DNA from: Candidatus Heimdallarchaeota archaeon
Lineage (GTDB): Archaea; Asgardarchaeota; Wukongarchaeia; Wukongarchaeales; JBHIFL01
Direction of reading: 5' to 3'
Length of the DNA stretch: 38,916 nucleotides
Assembly (NCBI GenBank): GCA_046761065.1
Contig: JBHIFL010000040.1
Coordinates: forward strand, 1-38,916
In this document: positions 1 through 8,299 of the stretch, piece by piece
How the letters are laid out: every line of letters begins with the position of its first letter
Position numbering within the stretch: position 1 is the stretch's first letter
Position numbers and translations under genes: made by a program
Notes under the pieces: generated by a model
Databases searched by the model: none
The model's input: the letters and a program-made list of their open reading frames with translations, nothing else
Told to the model about the DNA's origin: nothing

Positions 1-1158
1 AGAAAATGACCCAAATTAATAGCAGATACAGCTGCCGCGGAAATATCAAGACTAGGGATGAAAGGCCTACTACGATCCCACCCCACCTCTTACGTCCACG
101 TGCTGTTTCTAGTGATACTTGGTAATGAAAAGCCACCCAAAGAATAATCAAAGGAACATGTAATGTAAAATAATACTTGTACACCCCCCGAGGGAGGAAA
201 AGATGACTCAGAATAGCAACAAAAATGACTATATCCAATATCCTAACCCAATCTAACACCCCCGCTCGATGCCACCGAATTAACAAGATCACAGAAAATA
301 ATTCGCTTAATAAAAGGCCAAATATCGTGAATGTAAGAAACTCTGCCACATAAATGATCTCAGTTGGGACACGAAGATCGATAAGAAAGCTATACCAGTG
401 TAGAGGCCACGTCAGGTGTCGTGGTTGAAGATCTGGGGTTAAAGTGGGCGCCTGGCCCATAAAAACTGCTGAGAAATAATTTGTAGGAGTCAATAAAAGC
501 CATGGGAGGGATCCGATGCCAAGAGTGCCACTCAAAATGACTCCTAATATGGCGAATTGCTTCAAATACGATTTTTTCGAACCAGTTGATGATTTCAAGA
601 CAGCATAACAAAACAGCGGCGGGATAAAGAACAAAATCACCTGCTTGATTAAAAAAGCTAGTGCCAGTGTAAATACCGCGGTTTTATACTTCTCACCATA
701 GAAGCAATACAAGCTAACAATCAAGGCAAATAAGACCAAGGAAGTATTGAGAAACAAGCCTCCATTATAAAAAATGAGAAATGGGTTACAAAAAGTTACA
801 ATGTACCCCCAGCTTGCCAACTTCTCAGATTTTTCTCTTAAAAACAAATAAATTAAGATTGGTAAGCCGACATCCGCTAAAAATGGAGGAAGAAAGACCA
901 ACTCTGGGCTGATTAGGGTAGGAATGCTGAGTATATACAAAAAAAGTGGGGAATAAAGATAACTGCTCAGCCAAGGGTGTTCGACCACTCCAGAATAAGG
1001 AGTCCACGACCCTGATACGAACGCTCGGGCAAACAACTTATAATAATAATCGTAATCTGAGTACGGTTCAATCAGGGTCATCAGAATTGGACCTAACTTA
1101 GGCTCAAAGGATTCGGGCCAAAAGAACAAGTGGTAAATAGCCAATGGCAGGCGTAATA
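1..1158 (-). pseudogene. GT-C fold polytopic membrane glycosyltransferase (GT87/DUF2029/PIG-M-like), main body; 5' end cut off by IS insertion; runs off the left edge of the window
   Basis: Manual minus-strand translation is stop-free from 1158 to 1: LRLPLAIYHLFFW...EPYSDYDYYYKLFARAFVSGSWTPYSG...YLYSPLFLYIL...FLADVGLP...FCNPFLIFYNG...LALAFLIKQVILFFIPP...PRGVYKYY. It has many TM helices and the D..Y, G..PY, Y.Y.P, NP and KQ motifs typical of GT-C mannosyltransferase-like families. Absent from the ORF track because there is no stop inside the window. Confidence 0.75.
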
Positions 1159-2435
1159 CAGATTTTTAACATTCTTTTTTTGGCCGGTAGCGGGCTTTCC
1201 TAGCCCGCTCCTCGCTCTGCACCCCTCCGTGGGTGGGGCCGATCTTGGCCCTTCGCCTCGACCGCTCTATTGAAAAGTCGCCGACAAAATGCGTCCTTCA
1301 TGACATATACCATCCAAGACGCCGCCGCAACTCTTTTCAACGCGGTTGAGATCCCTGCCTCCGTGCTCGATCCCTGGCTCCTTTATGTAGACATGTTGGG
1401 CGCCTCCCCTAAAAAATCTGTTCTTTATTACTACACCGAAGAGAACGGCCAAATTCCATGGTGGACTCTCCTCCGTTCCCTCCCTTCCCTCGACTCCTAT
1501 GCGTCGGCGCTCTGGGACGCCGTGTGGCAGCGAATTGAGACGCACCTGGATCGCCGCCGCACCACTTGCTGCGTGGTCGATGATTTTGTGGCTCGCCGCT
1601 ACGGGCACACCGCCTATCTGGCCGATTATTTCTATTCCAACGCCCACAACGGCGTCGTTTTGGGTACCGCCCTGGTTGATACTGCCATCCGCCATGGAGA
1701 GTTGAGTTGCCCTGTCGCCTTCAACCTCCATCGGCGAGGCGGCCCCCTCACCCGGTGGGAGCGCGGACTGGCTCAGGTGCACCGCGTGCACGCCCGGCTT
1801 TGCGCCGCCAGGGTGCGGCCGGAACGACTTTGAACGCTGGGGGACTGTACGTATGGGACCGCGGCCATGGCGGCCAAGTTGCGGCCGAAAGAAGGATTCT
1901 ACCTCTTAAGCAGCCCCAAAACGCGCACGGTGGAGCTATTTGGGCGAACTCGCCGGATCGAGCAATACTTCGCCTCCTTGCCCGAACGCCAGCTGACGGT
2001 GGCGGGCAAGCAGTATCGGTACAAACTCTCCACCGCCAACCTCAAAGACTGGGGATGCCAGCGGTTATTGGCGGTCCGCCACTCGGGGGAGAAATGGCGC
2101 TATTTTGCGAGTAATAAGCGGAAGGCCACCGCCAAGACCTTACTGTTACGGATGAGAGAGCGATGGACAGTAGAAGACAGCCACCGGAACCTGAAACAGC
2201 ATCATGGGGGCGAGCATTTCCATGTGTAGAGGAAAGCGACGGTCTTAGGGCATTTCCAATTGGTGTACTGGAGTGGGGCGGTGGCGAGCCTAGAGCGGGC
2301 CCGGCGTCGGCAGCATGGGGAGGAGTGTACCTGGGAGCAGTTGCACCGGGAGGCGATCAGATGGAGTCGGGCGCATGGGCAAGGGGCGGCTTATGCGGGG
2401 GCTGGGGGGTGATTGGTGAGAGTGTTAAAGATCTG
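1159..2435 (+). mobile_element. Insertion sequence, IS701/ISH3-like (IS4 superfamily DDE), 1277 bp
   Basis: Left TIR CAGATTTTTAACATTC (1159-1174); right TIR GAGTGTTAAAGATCTG (2420-2435; reverse complement CAGATCTTTAACACTC, 14/16 match). Direct repeat AATA at 1155-1158 and 2436-2439. Visibly more GC-rich than the flanks. Short hairpins upstream of the transposase (e.g. AGCGGGCT-ttcct-AGCCCGCT, 1189-1209). Confidence 0.92.
1270..2412 (+). pseudogene. DDE transposase pseudogene (~380 codons in one frame, internal TGA at 1831-1833 and TAG at 2227-2229)
   Basis: ORFs 1270-1833 and 1867-2229 share a frame that continues to TGA at 2410-2412. Catalytic-type motifs: VVDD, (stop)TLGDCTYG, and RWTVEDSHRNLKQ (R-W-x-h-E-x5-LK). 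Confidence 0.88.
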
Positions 2436-2512
2436 AATATGAAAGCTCCCATTATCATGAGGAGCATTTTCTGTGTATCCTGCAGTTCTTCATATTTTTG
2501 AGGTAACCACAC
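2436..2512 (-). pseudogene. 5' fragment of the same GT-C gene (GTG-WLPQKYEELQDTQKMLLMIMGAFI)
   Basis: Removing the IS and one AATA copy gives the in-frame join ...ATG GGA GCT TTC ATA TTA CGC CTG CCA TTG GCT (MGAFILRLPLA), which completes the first TM helix. Confidence 0.75.
2466..2511 (+). repeat. 46-bp direct repeat, copy 1
   Basis: ATTTTCTGTGTATCCTGCAGTTCTTCATATTTTTGAGGTAACCACA; 43/46 identical to 4086-4131 (offset 1620 bp). Confidence 0.9.
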
Positions 2513-2737
2513 AACAAGTCAACCCGCGGAGCTTTGACTCCTAGTTCCTCTTTTAGAATCACATTGCCTTCCTGAATTGCATTTGCAAAGCATAAAAAAG
2601 TGGTGATTACTTGGTTTCTGGCCATTAATAGTGTTTATGCCACCATGACTTAGTCATTTGTTGTATTTTGCCCTAAAATTTGGCTATAGTAAAAATTATG
2701 ATAGGTGAGGAGAATGAAGCAGCGAGACAGCAAGAAC

Positions 2738-3301
2738 TCAGTCGATATCAGAAAGGATGGCTACCCGTATCGTCTTGACAATTTTGATGGCTTCGCTCCA
2801 TTGCTGCAGGAACTCATCGGACCATTCAGAATAAGGGATCATGAAGAGATTATTCCCGAGTTTTTCCCCACCGATTTCTTTTAAACATTTATTGAGATAT
2901 CTCGTGAAGAGGGTCTTTTTGGATCGCTTCACGGTTTTATACTCATATTTTATCAATAAGCGGTCTTTATCAAACTTCCTTGGAGGATAAGAATAGATGA
3001 GGACTGATTCCCCAGGTATGGTGCTGAGGTTCTCAAGTGGCGTCACTTGAACTGGGATATTCATCTCCCACTCGATATTAGTAGCAATTCTTGAAATGCG
3101 TCTTTGTTCTTCGACTGAACCCGAAACAAGGAGATCTATATCGGAATCCTGCGTGGAATCGCCTCTAGCCACGCTCCCAAACAAAAATATGTCCCCTTCG
3201 ATTTTTTCTTTGAAAGCAAGGGCGACTACTTGTCCAATCATAGCTGCAAAATCGGGTTGAACTGGTAATTGAGATGAAATCTTCGTTGTATGGTTATTCA
3301 T
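2738..3301 (-). CDS. Minimal nucleotidyltransferase (MNT, PolB superfamily) antitoxin-like protein with an extra C-terminal domain
   Basis: FLFGSVARGDSTQDSDIDLLV is the GSxxRG...SDxD MNT signature. Overlaps the upstream HEPN-like ORF by 8 bp. Confidence 0.85.
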   Translation of the reverse strand: MNNHTTKISSQLPVQPDFAAMIGQVVALAFKEKIEGDIFLFGSVARGDSTQDSDIDLLVSGSVEEQRRISRIATNIEWEMNIPVQVTPLENLSTIPGESVLIYSYPPRKFDKDRLLIKYEYKTVKRSKKTLFTRYLNKCLKEIGGEKLGNNLFMIPYSEWSDEFLQQWSEAIKIVKTIRVAILSDID

Positions 3302-3683
3302 TTCTTTTCCCTTCTAAGATCCCAAAGCACAAGGTTTCAATGGTTTCAAATTCATGTAATACCTCCTTGAGGACTCTCCCGTTCTCCGATGCACCATACA
3401 TTACACCAGGTCTCAAATCACGCTCAATGCGTCTAAAGGAATTGGCTATCGAAAAGGCTGTTCCAGCAAAAATGTCTTCATGAGACTTAATAACTTGAAA
3501 TAGCCGCTTGTGCACATTTGAATGGATATTTTTAGTTGCTAAAACGGTTTCAATCAGATGAAATGCTGCGAGAAAATAGTTTTCTATTTTCGATGGGACA
3601 AACTGTGCTTTGTCTCCTTCTTTTTTGAAGTTTCTGTACTTTTTTAGATGGGTTTCTTCGGTTGTCATTTGTTTACTGTCCAC
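3294..3683 (-). CDS. HEPN-like protein (partner of MNT)
   Basis: 129 aa, all-helical. YFLAAFHLIETVLA...H...RPGVMYG resembles archaeal HEPN (R-x4-Y variant). Translationally coupled to the MNT. Confidence 0.65.
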   Translation of the reverse strand: MDSKQMTTEETHLKKYRNFKKEGDKAQFVPSKIENYFLAAFHLIETVLATKNIHSNVHKRLFQVIKSHEDIFAGTAFSIANSFRRIERDLRPGVMYGASENGRVLKEVLHEFETIETLCFGILEGKRNE

Positions 3684-4007
3684 TCATTTGACACTAAAAA
3701 TATTGCTATTCAACTTTGCTAATGATACCTACAAAATTTCTAGAACCTGCAGAATTGTAGACTATTGAGGGAAATCAGGTGATGATGTACCACCAAAATT
3801 GGCAGCAACACTCCAAAAAACCTTTGATCTAAGGTTATTCTTTTGAATTAAAGCTTGTATTGAATATATCAAGAAAAGTTCTATTATCAACTATTTAAAA
3901 GGCAAAAAATTATTTTTTTATAGAGACATAGAGGATAATGGTATTTGTTAACGGCTCTGCTCAGTGGTACGGCCGTCAAGCTGCCGGTGTTGGTGCGGAA
4001 AAGACTT

Positions 4008-4079
4008 CTTCTAGCAACTGATTGATTCATTTAGTCCCAAATTTATCATCAACATGCTGAAAACAGAGGCGTTGAGATG
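4008..4079 (+). repeat. Degenerate duplicated fragment of the adjacent racemase gene
   Basis: Translates LLATD*FI*SQIYHQHAENRGVEM versus LLATDGTIHSQIYHRRAESKGIEV at 4637-4709 (after correcting one frameshift). Confidence 0.75.
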
Positions 4080-4085
4080 AGTGTT

Positions 4086-4131
4086 ATTTTCTGTGTATAC
4101 TGCGGTTCTTCATATTTTTGAGGTAGCCACA
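4086..4131 (+). repeat. 46-bp direct repeat, copy 2 (second copy of the GT-C 5' end)
   Basis: ATTTTCTGTGTATACTGCGGTTCTTCATATTTTTGAGGTAGCCACA. The minus strand reads ATG TGG CTA CCT CAA AAA TAT GAA GAA from 4132, preceded by an SD-like GAGGGGTGA. Confidence 0.9.
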
Positions 4132-4277
4132 TCCCCATTCACCCCTCAGAGGGTGAGTATCGTTTTGATAGATAATCTTGTCAGTCCGCGCAACACCTTC
4201 ATAGAATGTAGATAGGTCATTGTCAATAGTTTTATTCACTTGGTCACCATCATCAGGCCATGGTCGAATAGAAACGA

Positions 4278-4988
4278 GTGATCGGGATCCTTGGGGGGAT
4301 GGGCCCGGAAGCGACGGTAGACCTGTTCAAGAAGATTTTCAAAGCAATGCCTGCAGAAAAGGATCAAGAGCATCTCCGGATCATTGTCGTGAATGATTCG
4401 CAGGTCCTGAAAGAACAGATGCGATATTGTATGGGGGAGCAAATCCAGTTCCAAAGCTTAAGAAAGATCTTCAAATTCTAAAGTAAGCTGGCGCAGACTT
4501 TACAGTCATGCCTTGCAACACGGCTCATTACTTCATCAAGGATTTCCGAGCGGCAGAGATTCTCCCAGTAGTAGACATGATAGATGAGACGATAAATTTC
4601 ATTAATGAGAAATATCCTTCAGTTCGGAGGATGGGACTTTTAGCGACCGATGGAACTATCCATTCCCAAAATTTATCATCGACGTGCTGAAAGTAAGGGC
4701 ATTGAGGTCATTACATCTGATACTACTGATCAAAACATTTTGATGTCTGCTATCATAGACTATATCAAGAAGGGAAAGCTTGAACCCGCGCGTCCCCTCC
4801 TTCTCAAGATTGCATCCACACTGGGAGATATGGGAGCGGAATTGGTAATTGCTGGGTGTACAGAGATTCCTTTGGTTCTCTTTGAAGGCGACTTAGAGGT
4901 GCCGCTTTTTGATCCAACTTGGGTGCTTGCCTTGAAAGCCGTGGAGGTCGTTATATCGGATGAAAAATACTCTTATAAGCTGATCTAA
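4278..4988 (+). pseudogene. Aspartate/glutamate racemase family pseudogene
   Basis: IGILGGMGPEAT, PCNTAH and AGCTEIP (both catalytic Cys) are split over three ORFs. Lesions: frameshift near 4407, in-frame TAA at 4484-4486, extra base near 4667-4671. Confidence 0.9.
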
Positions 4989-5188
4989 ACGAACTAAGTG
5001 TACCAAACTGATCGGAAAGAACAAAAATAAATCATATGTATAAACCATACTTAATTATTTGTATCTCAAAAAGTTAACAAACTCATCTCTTTAAAGATTT
5101 ATGACTGTAATGCTGAGAAAAATAAATTATAATTAACTATAATATTGAGAAAAAAAGGGAGAGTTGATAGAATGTGTTTTTCTTGTGG

Positions 5189-7336
5189 CTATTGTTTTGT
5201 CACCGAGAACAAGTAGTCGGCAGGTCCTTGGAGGGGACTTATGATTAATCGCACGCTGTCATGTGCCTCTTTGCCAATGAAGCGAGATAATTCTTCCATA
5301 CCAGATTCGGTTAGGTCATCTAGAGTCATATCTTCGACAAGACCATTGCCGATCACTGTAACCATAAAGTCAGCCTCAGGCAGCGGTGGGACGAGTTCGA
5401 ATGTAATGGTTGTGTCTGCATCGTCAATTAATTCTCCGTTGATTGCAATGTTGTCAACCCACCAACCGGGGTATTGCACGGCCCAGTCGGTCATGTAACG
5501 GAAGCCAATAAGCACTGTTTGTCTCGCGTAGGTTGAAAGATCAAAGTCCATTGTAACCCAATCACCGCTCCATCCTGTTAATCCTGGAAGGTTGGCAACT
5601 ATATCTGGGTGTGCGCTTGGGTCATGCTTATATGTGGTGTACGCGTTTGCAAGTGAAGTCCATGTTGCTCCACCGTCTGTGGACACTTGTACGAAACCAA
5701 AATCCCAAAGGGGTTCGATGTCATAGTATGTATCAACTGATAATGAGACTGTTCCTGTTGGTAGGGTGACTTCACCAACAATACTTAGGTCTTTTAAGCT
5801 GCCAGCTGTTGTTGAGTACCATTCGAGGTCTCCGTCTCCATCCATGTCTTCTCTAATCCAACCTGCACCTGCAAAGTCGTCTCCGTCAAACATGAGTATC
5901 GGGTCAAATTTATCAACTGTTTTCATATTCTCAAGGCTGATATAGTCGGATCCGTACGCACCAACTTTGTACACTCCGGTGTCATAACCGAGTATGGTGA
6001 TTGTAGATCCGAAGTCCGTGCCTGTTGTCGGCGAAGCAAAGGGCGTTTCGATGTCATATGTCCTTACTGGAATTATTTCTGGATCGTTTAGATCTATGCT
6101 CTGATAGTTGTATTTTCCATCGCCAGGAAAGTCTGAGCGGATTAGGTTGGCAATTCTCCAATCGTGATAGACATCATCGAAGGTCATCCACTGCCCGGGT
6201 GCTTTCTTGTAATGGAATTTCTTGAGAGCGGCGTTTATCCCTTCGATTCCGGGGGTGCCTGACTGTACGAAATAGCGTATGAAGTCGCTACCGCCGTAAT
6301 GATCACTTAGGTAAGCTGTCCAGAGAGCTGCGACACCATAGTCTGCGAGGATATTTATGTCACCTTGGTCACCCCATACTGTTAACGAGTTATCCGGTGT
6401 TGCGAAGTAGCTGTTAAAGTAGCGTGGGTCAATTCCATAGCCGGACACCAGTTCTGCGTACATGCTGCATCCTTCATTCATGAAGCTGGGATCGGCTGGG
6501 TTCCAGTCGTGATGAATATTGTGCTGAAATTCATGGGCAACAGTTGACTCGTACACGTATGGTCGGGTTACGGTGAGTTTCGGATGTTCTGGGTACCATT
6601 GGTGTCCTTCTGGTCCGAGCCTCTGCCACCATCGCCAGTTGTCGATTTGAATCATGTTTCTCTTGTAGTAGTCTACAGTGTATAGTGAACTGTAAAATCC
6701 AACTACATAGTAGGGATAGTCGGGATCATAGTAGTTTTCGTCTTGTATGTTGAAGATTTTAATTATCACTCTCTGAGGGTTATTGGTTTCAATCCAGTCA
6801 TAGGTGAACGAAGGCCATCCAATTTGTTCGAAAATAGTGTCTGTTCCATATCTATCGAATGGAGCACCGAAGGTAGATGTGACTGCTGGATATATCACCG
6901 AGTTAAATTCTTCTGCCATAAACTGGGCCATTTCGTCTGTTACTTGCCAATTTAGAGGATCATCGTTTCTTGGATCACCGGCTGGAAACATTAAGGCGTC
7001 CTCATTAGCTACCCAAACTTCGACATTACCTACAACTGCTCTAAGCTGTATCCATGGGTTGCCGCTTATTGCACCAACATACCAGTCATATACCCAATCA
7101 CCTACTGAAGCTGTTAATTGTGACTGTGACATGGAAGACTTTGGTCCTTTACCTTTATCTTTGATTTTTGCCATTTCAATGTTGCCTGCTAAGCCACTTT
7201 GCCAGTCTACACCAATGTAATCTGGATCCTCCTCCTGTATCATGCTGCTTGGAAGGGGGGATGCTGTGCCAACGATGCTATAGAGGTTCAGTGCAAACAA
7301 GAGCACTATTGAAGCTGCGACTATCTTCTTGTTCAT
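5189..7336 (-). CDS. Secreted zinc metalloprotease (immune inhibitor A/M6- or M30-like) with C-terminal beta-sandwich domain
   Basis: Signal peptide MNKKIVAASIVLLFALNL (likely start 7336; the ORF extends to 7492). HEFQH zincin motif followed by NEGCS. InhA-like YDIE..WDFGFVQVSTDGGATW and FRYMTD...GWWVDNI. Confidence 0.85.
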   Translation of the reverse strand: MNKKIVAASIVLLFALNLYSIVGTASPLPSSMIQEEDPDYIGVDWQSGLAGNIEMAKIKDKGKGPKSSMSQSQLTASVGDWVYDWYVGAISGNPWIQLRAVVGNVEVWVANEDALMFPAGDPRNDDPLNWQVTDEMAQFMAEEFNSVIYPAVTSTFGAPFDRYGTDTIFEQIGWPSFTYDWIETNNPQRVIIKIFNIQDENYYDPDYPYYVVGFYSSLYTVDYYKRNMIQIDNWRWWQRLGPEGHQWYPEHPKLTVTRPYVYESTVAHEFQHNIHHDWNPADPSFMNEGCSMYAELVSGYGIDPRYFNSYFATPDNSLTVWGDQGDINILADYGVAALWTAYLSDHYGGSDFIRYFVQSGTPGIEGINAALKKFHYKKAPGQWMTFDDVYHDWRIANLIRSDFPGDGKYNYQSIDLNDPEIIPVRTYDIETPFASPTTGTDFGSTITILGYDTGVYKVGAYGSDYISLENMKTVDKFDPILMFDGDDFAGAGWIREDMDGDGDLEWYSTTAGSLKDLSIVGEVTLPTGTVSLSVDTYYDIEPLWDFGFVQVSTDGGATWTSLANAYTTYKHDPSAHPDIVANLPGLTGWSGDWVTMDFDLSTYARQTVLIGFRYMTDWAVQYPGWWVDNIAINGELIDDADTTITFELVPPLPEADFMVTVIGNGLVEDMTLDDLTESGMEELSRFIGKEAHDSVRLIISPLQGPADYLFSVTKQ

Positions 7337-7881
7337 ATTTTTCACTCTCTTAGTTTGAGTTTTCCGCATTTTTTCTGAAGCGCAAAGGGAAAATAGCAAG
7401 CGAACGATAACAAAGTCCTTGTACTGGGACAATCTTGGATCATGATGCGATTTCCTAGCTTTAATGAAGAAACCAGTGGTGTTTACCGTCAAATAGCCCG
7501 CCTACAATAATCCCCAAGCACTACTCTCAAAACATCCCTATGGTTTATAAAATTTTTTCACTCATACAAGGTGTAATTCTTCTATCTAATAGATTGTATT
7601 TTTTACACCTTTTTAACAATTTCTTGGTAGATTTTTTAGGTAGTAAGAATTTTTTTAAAAAGGATTTAGGGTGTAAAACACATTTTTTATCTTCCTAAAA
7701 TTACTAGTAACCCATGTCAGTAACCAATGGAGAGATGAAGAGAAAATTCTTAATAAACACTAATTTGTCAGGTTTTTTGTTTCATTAAAAAATTTGATAT
7801 AAGTTTGAATCTTGACGAAAAGGTTTTTATTCTTTTAGTGAGCGTTTTTCGGTTTGCATTGAACTGGCTGAGGGACGATCT

Positions 7882-8298
7882 ATGCCGCGTGTTGTGGCCA
7901 ATAATGATCTATGCACAGGCTGCCAAACATGCCAGCTGTATTGCTCTGCCTACCATATTGGTGGCTTCAACCCAAAATGGGCTCGGATTTTTGTCCATCG
8001 TGACGACAAAACTGCGAATAATACTGTCGTGGTCTGTCGGCAGTGTGGGAAACCACCCTGCAAAGCAGCGTGTGACCGCGACGCCATCGTTTACAATGAA
8101 TTCCACGTTCTCACGATTGATTATGAAAACTGCGATAACTGTGGTGCTTGCATTACTGCCTGTCCCTTTGATGCGTTACGACTCGATCCAGCGAACACCC
8201 CACTGATGTGTGATTTATGCACGAATCAAGGAACTATAGATCCGCAATGTGTCAAAGCATGTGTGGTAGATGCGTTGGTATTGAAAGGAGTGGACTGA
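7882..8298 (+). CDS. 4Fe-4S dicluster ferredoxin-like subunit (AOR-associated, DmsB-like)
   Basis: CTGCQTCQLYC, CRQCGKPPCKAAC, CDNCGACITACP and CDLC...PQCVKAC; ends 1 bp before the AOR start. Confidence 0.92.
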   Translation: MPRVVANNDLCTGCQTCQLYCSAYHIGGFNPKWARIFVHRDDKTANNTVVVCRQCGKPPCKAACDRDAIVYNEFHVLTIDYENCDNCGACITACPFDALRLDPANTPLMCDLCTNQGTIDPQCVKACVVDALVLKGVD

Positions 8299-8299
8299 G

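Noticed and set aside
1831-2229. Stop-codon recoding (Sec at TGA, Pyl at TAG, or an alternative code) in the transposase
   Set aside because: Neighbouring genuine genes end in TGA and TAG, no Sec/Pyl machinery is in the window, and single nonsense transitions explain both stops.
3947-3995. TAACGGCTCTGCTCAGTGG resembles the left half of an integron attC site beside a TA pair
   Set aside because: No matching right arm ending in GTTRRRY, no second site and no integrase.
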